NCBI RefSeq assembly: GCF_009914755.1
Contig: NC_060925.1
Strand: one strand, 5' to 3'
Source of the DNA: the human T2T-CHM13v2.0 reference genome, Homo sapiens
DNA length: 64,000 nt
In this document: piece after piece, positions 1-15,595 of the stretch
Numbering within the stretch: the stretch's first letter is position 1
How the letters are laid out: every line of letters starts with the position of its first letter
Translations under genes and position numbers: made by a program
Notes under the pieces: model-generated
The model's input: only the letters and a program-made list of their open reading frames with translations
The model's database searches: none
What the model was told of the DNA's origin: nothing

Positions 1-639
1 ATCTGCCTGAAATGTTCCTTTGAAATAAGAAGCGAGGGCACAGCTGGGTAGGAGAGGGTTGGGAAGGGGCCCATGGAGGACTCACCTCACTGATGTGCTG
101 TGGAGGTTCGATGAATACATTCCCCGCTTCCCTCCTACCCAGTGTGGCCTGATGATCACGACTAGTGTTCCTACCAGTGAATGGTTCACCCCGAGGCAAA
201 TGCGTTCCCTAAGGAAGATATGTGCTGTGAGTTTCCAGTTGTAAGAAGCCAGTGGAGACACCCAGGTAGTCTGTGTTGTTGAAGCCTCACGATCTGGGAG
301 GGCGGTGTGATGAATCCCGGGCAGCCACACACAGTTTCCGGCAATACCACATTTCATCAATTCCGTGTTAGAACATTGAGTCCAAGCTGTTGGAAAAAGC
401 TTCCCCTTCAGGTGTGAGGAGGCCCAGGCAGCAGATGCCAGGACTCACACTCCTGGGCATCATTTATTTTGGAAGTTGGGGAAGCAGGTGCCGGACAAAG
501 CTCTGGGTCGTCTTCTTTTGCATCCCCTCCAGATCTCACAGGGTTTCATGGGTGCCCTGTGTTTGATGTTCAGTGTGGAATCCAAGAGCCTGGTGAGGAG
601 AAGCTGTCTCAGAACCAGTCACAATAAAAATAATGATCC

Positions 640-845
640 ACAGTTAACATGCATAGAGCATTTGCTTTGTCTCAAGGCATGTGCTGGGTGCACCATTTTC
701 ATCCTCACGGGTTCTGCTAGTGTCCTCATGCATAGATGAGGAAAACAAAGCTTAGAGAGGTCAAAAGAGCTGTCCGAGGTCACCCAGCTGGGGTTGCAAT
801 CCAGGTCTGCCTGACCCCAGAGCTCCAGCTCTGAACCTCTGTGCT
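640..845 (-). mobile_element. MIR SINE
   Basis: Core motif agatgaggaaa...cttagagaggt...ccgaggtcacccagc...tccaggtctgcctgac. Confidence 0.75.
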
Positions 846-2096
846 TCCTGACCTGGCTTCAGTGCCTGTGAGTGTCACAGTCTCACCACAGCTGGTGTTA
901 CCATAGCTACTTAACAGCTGGTGTTGGGGGAGCGGGGAAAGTGCAGAAATGAAGTTTGCGTTGTTAACAAGAAATTTTGCTAATTAATTTTGGGGGGACA
1001 CATTGAGCAAGTCCGCCCAGGTGCATGTTCCCACGGTCCCATTCCAGTGGGCAGTTGAATGCACACGTATGCATGAAGGGCGTGGGTAGTGAACTTGTAA
1101 CAGCAGAGGAAGCAGAAGGTTAAAAGGAGAAGCTAAATACACCTCAGTGCTGGAACGTTCATTTTGCAGATTTTTGTCAGGTTTGGCAGAGAAACCTCCA
1201 AGCTCTAATCTTACAGGGCGACTACTTGGGAATCAATCGGGAAGCATATTTCCTGTTACTTTAGTGTAGCGAAGGCTTCTCCTCGTTCTTTTCTACTCTT
1301 AGTAATGTATTAGTAAAATGTGTTTATGAAAATCTGAGTTTCCTCATTCCACCTTTATGTTTTTCCTTATGTCTTTATAAAATCTGTAAGTTAGTTTCCT
1401 CATTCCACATTTATGTTTTTCCTCATTCTAATGCCCTCTCTTGAATTGTTAGTTCTTTGCTTTAATGACGCTTTGTTAGGCCTGGGCTGATCCCACGCCA
1501 TTTTTTTATTTCTTCTGGTTTGATTTCTGCTTACACCTCAAAGATGTTTACCTTCATATCTTCTCTTTCCCTTTACCTGTGACCTCTCTGCCTTGCCTCT
1601 CTTAATAAGTGTTAATAATGCTGGGTTACACTTTAACTCACTTTGGGCAGTATTCTAAATCTTAATCTCTTCAAAGGAAGTGCTAATGAAATGTCCCACC
1701 ATTATGTATCTGTGTTCTCTTACAAATGCAGATGAAGAGCCATTCAATGGAGCCACATAACTGCCTTTCCCATCAAGCCTTGAACTGCAAGTAAAGGGGC
1801 CTGATTGTGAGGAGTCAGACTCACCATCTAGGTCGCCTGACAGAGGCCCCTCCTAACCCTGTCCCTGGACACTGTAACTTCTCTAAGACATTTGATGGTG
1901 ACCAGGCACTCCACTCGTCCATGTAGTTTCTGGGATGGATTCCTCTCTGGAATATTAGACTGCCTCACAGATTAAACTGCTAAAGGAATTTTGCAGCAAA
2001 ATGAAATAGATTTTGGAGCATTGTTTGGAGATTGGAGATTTGGACTTTGTTCCAAATTGCAGATTTGGAGATTGTTCCAACAATTTGGAGCTGCTG

Positions 2097-2209
2097 CTCC
2101 TCCTTCTTCTCCTTCTCCTTCTTCTTCTTTCTTCTTTCCTCCTCCTCCTTCTCCTCTTCCTCTTCTTCTTCTTCTTCTTCATATTATTATTATTATTATT
2201 ATTATTATT
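2097..2209. repeat. Compound microsatellite (CTT/CCT)n followed by (ATT)n
   Basis: Directly visible; it produces the poly-R/K, poly-L and poly-S/Y pseudo-ORFs in the track. Confidence 0.95.
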
Positions 2210-2374
2210 CTTTTAATTCTTCAAAGGAGAAGCTCCCAAGAGAGTCGATTTGTGTGAGAGGGCCTGTGACTGGGCCCCTGAGAGTTGCTTTTTTTTGAAT
2301 TAACTGGGATAACAAAAGACAAGCAGGCATCTTGGTATTTTAAGTGTGTTTTCCCAATGGAAATAGAAATAAAC

Positions 2375-2790
2375 ACAACACTGACCAAGTATTCAACAGA
2401 GGGATGGCTAAACAAACTGTGGGGTATACATGGAATAGAATATTATTCAGCAATGAAAAAGGAATGTCATTCTGACACATGCTACAACATGGATGAACCT
2501 TGAAGACATTCTACTAAGAAGCCAGGCACAAAAAGGCCAATAATATATAAATCCACTTAAATAGGGGACCTAGAATAGGCAAATTCATGCAGACAGAAAT
2601 AGTGATTACCAGGGGATGTGGGGAGGGAGAATGGGTAGTTAATATTTAATGGGTACAGAGCTTCAGTTTGGGATATGAAAAAGTTGTGGAACTTGATAGT
2701 GGTGATGGTTGCAAGACATTGTGAATGCACTTAATGCCACTGAATTATACACTTAAAGATGGTTAAAATGGTAAGTTTTATGCTATATTC
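2375..2790 (+). mobile_element. Old L1 (L1M-type) 3' end
   Basis: ggaatattattcagc...acatgctacaacatggatgaaccttgaagacatt...tgccactgaattatacacttaaa are typical L1M 3' motifs. Confidence 0.85.
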
Positions 2791-2794
2791 CTAG

Positions 2795-3124
<330 letters not shown>

Positions 3125-4049
3125 TGAAGGTAACCTTAGGAGAAAACTCTTCTGCTTCTTATAAACTGGCGATGCTGTGTAGCCGTTTTCTGTGATCCCA
3201 GAGCCTGCAGGGCAAGGCTTTCAGAGGGCACACGGTGCCCTTTCACACGAGTGATGCTGACATTTTCTCCAGAGCTGTGATGAATAAATAAATGAAGGAA
3301 GGAGTTAAGATTCCTTACTACTTTGCATCTTGGTCAATAGTCAGTTTGTCTTCTGGTTAAATATGAGTATTTTTCGTGGTGGCAACCCCGTCCTCCAGCT
3401 GCTATTCTTACATATACTGGCATTTACTTAAGTGAGCCCTCTTTTCAAACAGGACCTGACCTTTCCTAAAGGAGCTTTAAAGAAATCCATATTTCCTGAT
3501 TACAAATAGAAAACAGTGTGCTTTCTCAAGGGTTAATGTGGGCAAAGCAAAGCAATGTTGGTTCTAATTTAAGCACATAGTCTTTAGGCTTCTTTCGTAA
3601 TAGTTCCCTTTTGTCCATTTGGGCTGAAACTGCTTCAGTAAGCATTTTATGAAATCAGTGAGAAACTCCAGAAAAAGGCTTCTGCCTCTTTTTACGAGGG
3701 TCGTATTTGGAGCAAAGGAGGGAAGAAAAGCATCTGTCAATTTGATAAATCATTTTCAGGAAAGGAGAAGTTTCAGCAAAGTATAAGATAAGAGTTGGCA
3801 ATTTAAGGGAGGAAAAAAAAAGAGAGGAGACCATCACATATAGTGCTATATAAATGGTTTCTATAGAGAGCTTTTAAATATGTAAAATAATTTCATATAT
3901 ACTATCTCATTAGTGCTCACGGCAATCCAGTAGTTATTATAGAGCTTTTAAATACGTAAGATAATTTCATACATATTATCTCATTTAGTGCTCACAGCAA
4001 TCCAGTAAAGTAGTTATTACTTTATGGGTGAAGAAATGAAGGTTCAGCT

Positions 4050-4301
4050 TTATTTTATTTCATTATTTATTTTACATTTTTTATTTTAATTAAATTTTTT
4101 TTGGGGACGAGGTCTCGCTCTGTCACCCAGGCTGGAGTGTAGTAGCAACAATCACAGCTCACTGCAGCCTCGGCCTCCCAGGCTCAAGCCATCCTCTCGC
4201 CTCAGTCTCCCAAGTAGCTGGGACCACAGGCACATGCCATCATGCCTGGCTAACGTTTCCACTTTTTGCAGAGACAGGGTCTCGCTGTGTTGCCCAGGCT
4301 G
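4050..4301 (-). mobile_element. 5'-truncated AluJ inserted into a MIR
   Basis: AluJ-type right arm plus partial left arm; TSD ggttcagcttta at 4041-4052 and 4303-4314; MIR core on both sides. Confidence 0.85.
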
Positions 4302-4712
4302 TGGTTCAGCTTTAATAAGTGGCTTGCTCAAGGCCTCACAGCCTGTAAAAGAAACTAAACTTTTGCAGAGCTTCCTTCCTGTCCATAGAACTGTCCCAAA
4401 GTCGGACGTCCTGGGCCTGAGGCACGGGTTTGTCACAAGGGGTGGCTCCCAATAGTAAACCTTCATGGCTCCCTGTATGTGTGGAATGAGTCTCTAATTG
4501 TGGAGAATTGAGAATGGGGGGGGTGGTTAGAGTCCCTTGAAGTGTTTTGCCAGTGTAGCTTGTGTCGTGATACCTCTTTGTGTCATTGTAAGTATGATCA
4601 TGCCCACATCTTTCTGACATGGTCTTTTGCATCTGAATTTGCAGTTTCACATTTAACAGATTTAAACAGATTGGTGGCCCATATGTATCTAAAAGAGAAA
4701 CATGTCATCTCC

Positions 4713-4840
4713 AGGACCAACTATATCATTTGCAGGGCTCAGTGCAAAATGAAACAGAGGGACTCTAGCTCAAAAATGATTAAAAGTGTCAATGTAGCAA
4801 CAGCAGAGTAGGCAACCAAGCACGGGGCCTACGTGCTGGC
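4713..4840 (+). mobile_element. MER91-like hAT DNA transposon remnant
   Basis: atttgcagggctcagtgcaaaatgaaa...caacagcagagt...accaagcacggggcc resembles MER91A. Confidence 0.6.
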
Positions 4841-5016
4841 CAGTACTCTAGCCTGGAAAAGCGCAAGACCTTCTGCAGGTGGAAGCTTCACAGTGTGCCT
4901 TCAGGGTCTGCTTTTGGGCTTTCTGCCAATCTGGCTACATACTTACCCTTTGACACAATCAAGGGCAAAGAGTTAAAGGAAAGGTAGTCTTGAGGCCTGA
5001 ACTCTCTTCTAACCCT

Positions 5017-5636
<620 letters not shown>

Positions 5637-7224
5637 AACCCAGACTTTCCACTGGTACACTGTCTTCATTGCTTTGATAGCAACTTTTAGGCTCCCTTAG
5701 CTTTAAAAAAGAATCCTCTAACCATATGGGGAAAAAAAAAAATCAGCAACAACTTTGTACCCACCTGACATTCGGCCAGAATTTTTCCAACAGAACCTAA
5801 CAATAGATATGCTCTCTGAAAACTCTACCCAGATCGTACACTCCTTGCTGGGTAGGATTGTTTCAGAGGATATGAAGGACAAGGGACTGAGCCATGACAC
5901 CTGTCACTTCCCGTCTGAGCAGTTCCTGAAGAAACAGCCCCCGGGGAATGAACTACCCCCTCTGCCTCGGGGACAGGCACCTCCTGGTCCACGTCCATCC
6001 CTGGAATTAGATCGGAGCCACAGATGCTATCACTCCTCTGCCGTGGCCCCATCCTCCTCTGTCTGGCTTTTGATGAACTGAAGACTGGGGTCCGGGTTGT
6101 AATGGAGACTTAGAGTTGAGTGAAGCATTTTAGCTTTAAGAAGATTATTATAATTATCTCAAGGCACTGAAGGGCTGCTTCATTTGCATTTCAGACACTA
6201 AAATCAGAGGGCAGATCTTTAAGAGGTTAATTTTGTGAGTGAGTCCTTAATAACAGAGGGACCAAGACTCGATTCTTTATGCCTTAGGCTAGGTTTGCAG
6301 TTGGTAGATGCAAAATATGCTGATAAGATTAAAGCTCCTCTAGTGACTCTTAAGCCTCAGGCTCTTTTATTTGCAAATGTCCTGCACCCTCCATCTCAGA
6401 GAACTCTCTAGGCTCCGGTACTCTAGAATCCCTTACAGTGGATTTGCATGGACAGGAAAGCGAATTCTCATCTCTTCCAATCACTGCAAGACATGGAACG
6501 GATAGTCCGGCGGCACGTCTGGCAGCTGAACCTCTTCACTGAGAATCTAGGTAAAGGCCACTTACTGATCATTATAAATGCGCTCATCATAAAGCAGTCC
6601 TTCTGGATTTCTGGCATTTTCTTGAATAAACTTATTGAAACACCCTAAGGAGAACTCAGACATCCTTTTCAACCCTCAGGAGCGGATAAGAGGATGCAGC
6701 TTCATTTGTTAAATTGCAGTTGCATGTCAGTTATGAATAAACATGGACTGGACTTCTGATGCTAATGTAGGAACGATATTTGTACCTCCTGGAAGTAACT
6801 CCTATAGCTCGTTTTCTTTTAAAATTATGCAATCCACAGTCAAGTCCTGGGGTACAAGTCTAAGAGGCGTCAGCCACACAAGAGGCTAAAGTGACTTTGG
6901 GGTAGTCTGCAAGTATCTCAACCTGTCATTTCTCCAGACATTCAGATATAGTACATTTTAAACACAGCACTGCCTTTTTCTTGAAATATTTAGTTTCAGT
7001 GTTAGCTAAGTTTGTGATTTTTTAATGCAGAAAAAATGATTTATTTTTAATTTCTGATTCCTCGTCGGGCTATGTATATGTAAAGTCCAGGGTTATGAGA
7101 AGGCAGAAGTAAACTTGCTGGGTAGAAGGCGTCATGGTATCATGTGATGTGGCTTAGATTAATATGGGCCAGAACACTTTCTCTTTAGACATTGCTAATG
7201 TTATTCTTATTCTTCTACTATTCA

Positions 7225-7475
7225 CAATAATAGCTAACATTTACTGAGTGCTTACAGTGTGCTTGGAACTTTGCTGAGAACTTTATACCAATTATCTGAG
7301 TTTTACAGAAACATTTTAAGGTAGATATTGTTAATATCCCAATTTGACAGAAGGAAGAAACAGGAGTTCTGGGCAGGTAAGGAACATGCCCAAGCATTGC
7401 TCACTAATAAATGACTGAGCTGTGTGTAAACATAGTTCTTTCCACGTCCAAAGCCCATACTTGTAACCACTGCAC
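7225..7475 (-). mobile_element. MIR SINE
   Basis: aataatagctaacatttactgagtgcttac...ggtaaggaacatgcccaag...aaagcccatacttgtaaccactgcact. Confidence 0.75.
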
Positions 7476-7603
7476 TGCTGTTTGTAGATTTGTTCGACTC
7501 CTCAGAGCAGTAAGTCAGTTTCATCTTACTTGCCTGGCCTCTCCATTGAGTATTGAACTTGGCAGGAAATAGTGTTGGGAGTGATTTGTGATGTCTGAGA
7601 TAG

Positions 7604-8023
<420 letters not shown>

Positions 8024-9037
8024 TGTAGAACACATTTTTATTATGCAGTCCATGTTCATATGTCTAGCCTGTCAGTGGGTTACTTGTTAATAAAAAGCAG
8101 CCATTTCATATTAGTGTCTCATTGAAAGCAGTGCCTGTTTTCCATTCATTCTACCTTGGATTTGTTTTCTTCCTCAATACTGAATTCTTAGAAAATGATA
8201 TGTATGTTGAAAAATACTTGAGAATACCTGAGAACGGTTCTCTGTTGCATTTATTGCTGTATGTGAACCTGTCTATCAAGAATCCCAGGTGTTTTGTGAT
8301 TTCCGTGTTTGTGAAATACATTAACTCTCCTTATGGTTGGAGAAATCAAAACAGTGCAGGTAAATGGTGTTTTGAAATATCTGTAATAGTAGCGAATAAG
8401 TCAGAGCCTCACAGTGCTTCATTTTTTAATGGAAAATTTGAACACATACCCACCTCTTCAGTACTGAAGAATTTTTTCCTGTTTGATTTTGTTGCTGAGA
8501 TTGGAGTTTGTCCCATGAGAAATCACTGAACAGATTTAATTTTGTTTATTCTTTTTTTTTTAAGACAGCATATTTGTTCTCTACCAATATCATCCAAAGA
8601 ATGAAATGAATTTCAACCAGAGATGTAGGACCTAAAAAATTTAGGTCAAAGCTTACATATAAGTGGCTTTGTCTTGCTGGCATCAGTATTTTCGTATTTC
8701 TCTTCTCAAAAGAAGATAACTTTATATCAATATTTCAGAATTCCATGTAGCCCACCCTACTGACTGCATTGTTGTCTGTTATGCTGATACAAAGATCTTT
8801 TGTTTTCCTTGCCTGGGATGTTCTGCCATATCTCAGATGGCTGGATGGACACAGGTGGCCTAAAATTCCTGTGCCAGATTCAGCATGATCCTGACCTAAC
8901 TTGGCCTGGATCATAAAGTAAACCTTGGGGAATGTTCCCGTAGCCTGAGCGGGAAACACTGGCCTCTGGGAGCTCCTTATGGAGGAGAGAAAACGAGGAG
9001 CTGTAAACTGGACAATGGATTAAAACTCTAGTAAACT

Positions 9038-9355
<318 letters not shown>

Positions 9356-10136
9356 TCAGATCTTCAGATCTTACCTCCTGTGTAACCTTGGCTAAGTTAC
9401 CAAATTTCTCTTCACCTCAGTTTCTCTGACTGTAAAATGGAGACACAAGCCAGAAAATCTTTAAGTTCCTGCCAAGTTTTAAGAGTTTGAAGCTTCCACG
9501 ATACTCTGTGCCCAGGCCCTTCCTGATGTCTGCTTTTACAGCGGGACAAGCAGCAATGCTGTTGTACTCTCTGCATCTTGGGGCTTGTTCCTCTGAACCC
9601 TTGAAGACAAGGGCTGAGCCGCGTCAGCTCTTTCCCAAAACACAATTTAAACCCTTCGGAGTGGTCAGAAATGCCACTTTGGGAGGCCTCCCTGGGTTCT
9701 CTGGGTGTTTTGTTGAAGCAGTCTCAGGTTCTCTAACGTTCTTTTTGTTGAAGATGATATCTACAAGCTTTATAAGCTTTCTTCTGATGGGGAGAGGGAA
9801 GAGGTTCTCTTAAATACAGTGTTCAACTATCAACCGTCATCTTTAGGGAGACCCTTCAATAACCTCAGTTTCTCTTTGTGTATAACTAGAGCTAATAAGA
9901 GAATGTGGGTAAATTGGGCTAAAACAAAGCCAACATTACAGTAGTTCACATGATATTTTTAAAAGAAAAACAAAGGCGGCACGCCAGACTAAATAAGGCT
10001 ACCATGGCCACCGAAGTTTTGCATCAATTTGTGACCAAAGGACATTTTTCAAACTGACCTAAGCCAATTTGGTATCTGCAGTTATTTTTGGTCAATATCA
10101 TTAGCCTCCCATAGTTCAAAGTAGGTGGGGCTATAG

Positions 10137-10491
<355 letters not shown>

Positions 10492-11434
10492 AGGAAATAA
10501 GTCTTAAACCAAATTCTGCCATACTTACAAACGTGTAGCAAGCTGACAGGAAAAGTCCTACAATTCGTTTTGTAAACTTGATGAAAAGCCACGCCCCTAT
10601 CCTTTTAGGCAATCCTACAGCATTTTACATAAAGGGTACCCTAGAGGCAAGTGCGGTTATTGCACTAATGGCATGAGCCAGATAATCATCCAGTTAGTCA
10701 AGCAGAGAAAAGTGCTCCTGGAATGACCTGAACAATGGACCAATCAGTTCAAATCCCTAATTTGATTAATTGGGCTTGCTGGATTTTATACAAGCAAGAA
10801 TGCCTGCTCAATATTTCTAGCCAATCACTATATCTTGAACATAACCATTTTCACCAAAGAAAAATAATTTCTAACTGCCATGATTCCAGTTAAACTCTGC
10901 CGTTGACCAGTAATAGAGATAGCCAAGGCAGCGTGGCAACGGCCTTTGGAGTGTAACCTTCTGATGAGACTCTCAGATGATAACTTGGACTGGCCTAGGC
11001 ACTGAGCAATCAGAACAGATTCTGGCCTCAGCTGATGCTGTGCAGAAGCTTCCTACTGAGCCAGAATTGTCTCAGAGAGCTGCCAAGGCAACCAGGTCTT
11101 GAGTGGCCAAGATCTGAGATAGAAGGGAACTATAGAGAGTGGAGAAGGTGCTTTTCTCTCCCTGTTCATCTGCTGAGAAGGCAGCAGAACTTTTGGCAGT
11201 ATAATGAGGCTTAAAAGACAAAATTTGGGATTCAGACCTGCCAAGGCGGACAAGACTTAAGAGATCAAGATCCTGGGAGGAAGAGACAGAAAAGTGAACT
11301 GGATACTCCAGTCGTTGTCCCCTTTGAAGCATTTGCCAAATATTAGACTGTATACTGCAAGAGACTAAGCAAAAAAACCATTTTTAGTGGAGTTCTCAGT
11401 ATCACAGTGCTAAGTGGAAAAAAAAAAATCACAT

Positions 11435-11748
<314 letters not shown>

Positions 11749-12172
11749 TCACATTCAAAGCTTAGCCAGGAGAAAAGGCGCTAGGAGATACCCCACTGGG
11801 ATCCTTGAAGAATCATAACCTAAAAATAGATGTGAACCTGAAGTAGACAAGCGATACAAAATCTCAGTGAGCTCAGTCTGGGATTGGTTTAGCTTGATCA
11901 CTCCCATTCAGCTGCCTACCAGAGGACTGGGCGAACGATCACTGAAGAAAGATGGGAGTCTCTACCTTTCTCATAAGTTGTTTCAATGAAAAATGATCAA
12001 GCATACCAAGAAATAAGCCTAAAAGAAAAAAAATAGGCACTGGAAAGATACCCATAATTTACTGGCATTATCAGACATAAATTTCAAAATATCTGTGATT
12101 CATATGTTCAGGAAGATAAATGATACAATAAAGAATTTCACCAGAAAATGGGAATTCATAAAAAGAAACTGG

Positions 12173-12490
12173 GGCCAGGCGTGGTGGCTCACACCTGTGT
12201 AATCACAGCATTTTGGGAGGCTGAGTTGGGCAGATGACTTGATCCCAGGAGTCCAAGACCAGCCTAGGCAACACGGTGAAACTCTATCTCTATAAAAAAT
12301 ACAAAAATTAGCCAGGCATGGTGGCGCACACCTGTAGTCCCAGCTACTTGGGAGGCTGAGGTGGGAGGATCACCTGAGCCTGGGAGGTCAAGGTTGCAGT
12401 GAGTCAACTTCACTTCAGCCTGAGTGACAGAGATCCTGTCTCACAAAAGAGAAAAGAAAAGAAAAGAAATAAAGAAAAGAAAAGAAAGAG
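12173..12490 (+). mobile_element. AluJ with (GAAAA)n tail inside L1
   Basis: AluJ diagnostics gaggtgggaggatcacctgagcc. Confidence 0.9.
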
Positions 12491-12742
12491 GAAATTCTGG
12501 AACTTAAAAAATGAAATAATGGATATTAAGAACACAACAAGTGGATCTAATAGCAGATTAGATTTAGTACAAGACAGATTTAGTGAAATGGAATGCAAAT
12601 CAGTTGAAAATATCCAGAGAGATACATGGAGAACAAAAAGGATCAAAATACAGAAAAGAGCAGAAGAGACATATGGAACACATGTAACATATAATTGAAG
12701 GCCTGGAAGAGGGGAAGAGGGAATGAGGCAGAAGCAATATAT

Positions 12743-13110
12743 TTTTCTTTTTCTTTTTAGTTGACACATAATAATTGTACATATTTGTAGGTACATATTT
12801 ATAGGATACAAAGTGATGATTTTGGTATAGGTGTACAATGTGTACTGATCAAATCATGGTAATCAGCATATCTATCAACTCAAACATTTATCATGTCTTT
12901 GTGTTGTGGACATTGAAAATCTTTTCTTCTAGCTTTTTGAAAACATACAATAAATCATCATTAACCATATTCACCTGAGAGTGCTGCAGGATGCCAGAAC
13001 TCCTTCCTCCTACATAGCTATAATTTGGTCTATAGTTTGGTATCCATTAATGAACCTCTCCCCATCCACCTCTCCTTCCTACCTTTCTCAGCCTCTAACA
13101 CCTAAAATTC
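12743..13110 (-). mobile_element. L1MA-type 3' end inserted in opposite orientation within the older L1
   Basis: ttgacacataataattgtacatattt...gatcaaatcatggtaatcagcatatc...caaacatttatcat. Confidence 0.8.
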
Positions 13111-14349
13111 TACTTCAAAATGTGATTTAAGAAGCCCTGGCTTGCCCCAACCAGGATATACACAGAGAAAACCACAGCTGGGTACAATGTAGTAAAACTG
13201 TTGAAAACAAAAGCCAAGGAGAAAAATGATTAAAGCCGTGAGAAAAAAATTCATTATTTTTAAAGGAGCAACACTAAGACAGTAACTCATTTCTCAACAG
13301 AAACAATGGATGCCAAGAGACAATGGAACGTCATATTCATGGGTTGAAAGAATGTAACCGTCAACCTAAAAGTTTACAAACTTAATAAAGATATTCGTCA
13401 AACATTGAAGTGAAATAAAGACATTTCAGGACAAAAATTGAAAGAATCCATCATCAGTAGACCAACACTAAAAGAAATACTAAAAGGAAGTATACGGATA
13501 GAAAGAAAATGATCCCAGAAATGCAGGAAGGAATGAAAGCTGACAGAAAGGGTCAACATGTGGTTAAGTTCAAATGTATTAAGAATATGAGATGTATTGA
13601 TGGCTGGATAGAGGGATGGATAAATATGTGATAAAGTAAATGTAGAAAAAATTTTCACATGCAGAAATGTGGAAAAATTAAAGAATCTGGATGAGGGGCA
13701 TATGGGCCATTCTATTTTTGTAAAATGTTCAGAAAATAAATATAGGGCAAATATAAATGAACATTGACCATATAAAAGAACAAAAATGGGGTTTTGTGGG
13801 CACTAAAATATATGTAGCATTAAATGCATGACAAAAACAATACAAAAAGTGAAAGGGGGTAAAGGGAGTTAAAGTGTAATAAAATCATAACATCTGGAAG
13901 TATTAAAACTCAGAATTTTACCAGACTATAATAGGTCAAGGACACATAATGTAATCTGTAGAGCAACTAGTAAAATAATGCATAAAAGGGAAAATAGAAT
14001 GAAAAATACTTGATTAATCTAAAATAATTCAAGAAAGAAGAGGAAAGAGAACATAAACTAGGTGGACTAATAGAAAACAACTGTAAGATGGTAGCTATAA
14101 ACTCAAGTATATCCGTAATTGAGTTACATGAAAATTGACTAAATACTCTAATTAAAAGATAATTATTGTTAGACTGTATTTTAAAGACAACAAAATCTAA
14201 TTAAATACTGCTTATAAGAGACGCTTCATAAATGTAAGGACAAAAAGAAGTTGAAGATAAAAGAATGAAAAAAAGATATACCTTGTAAATGCCAACCAAT
14301 ATAAGCTGGCATAGTTCTAATATAAGAGAAAATAGACTTTTCAAGAATC

Positions 14350-14585
<236 letters not shown>

Positions 14586-15152
14586 GATAAGTATCTTTAA
14601 TTTATCATTAATGTTAAATAGCCAAAAATATACAGAATTAAAAGAAGAAACCAGTCTGTAATCATAGAAACAACATGTCTCTCTCAAAAACTGATAGAAC
14701 AGGCAGACAAAAAATCAGTAAGGAGAGAAGATCTGAATCTCTCAACAATGACACAATTCATTTCCAAGTACAACTGGGACATTAACCAAAATTGACCATA
14801 TGTTGGCTCATAAAGCAATTCTTGACAAATTTCAAAGGACTAAATTCATTCAGAGTACTTTTTTTTTGACCAGAGAGAAATTAAGCTGTAAATCAATGAC
14901 CATAAAAATAGAAAATCACCAAATGTTTAGAAATTAAGCATTCTACTTGTAAATAACCAACAGGTTAAAGAAGAAATTTCAGTGGATTTCAGACAATAGT
15001 TTGAAATGAAATGATGAAAATTTTACACGTCAAGCGCTAACTAACCACTCACCCCTGAAGTGTGTATTCCTAAGGTACTTCAAATATTAAATAACTACTC
15101 CTATAATGTAAATTAATAACTAACCCACACATTATTATACTATGTATACTGA

Positions 15153-15430
<278 letters not shown>

Positions 15431-15568
15431 TTTATTCTATCATATTATCATTCATCTCAAACTCCATATGTAACTTGCAGTTGATTTTTCAACATTCAAA
15501 CATCATTTATTATTATCCATCAAATTGCCATCTTGTTCCATTTCCCTGCATATCTCCTTTCTGTGTAG

Positions 15569-15595
15569 AAGTCTTCCTTCTGGGAGCAGGACGAG
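15569..15595 (+). other. Candidate 27-nt frame-preserving cassette microexon of KIF26B
   Basis: Acceptor tcttgttccatttccctgcatatctcctttctgtgtag; exon AAGTCTTCCTTCTGGGAGCAGGACGAG; donor GAG|gtaagt. No stop in the KIF26B phase. Confidence 0.4.

Noticed and set aside
399-417. Recursive splice site-like cttccccttcag|gtgtga (also 16185-16202)
   Set aside because: The donor half is non-consensus and cannot be supported without nascent-RNA saw-tooth data
1732-1790. Exon-like 59-nt segment (tgcag|ATG...CAA|gtaaag)
   Set aside because: Weak donor and acceptor; compatible with chance
1955-2298. Poly-Arg/Lys, poly-Leu and poly-Ser ORFs
   Set aside because: Translations of the (CTT)n(ATT)n microsatellite
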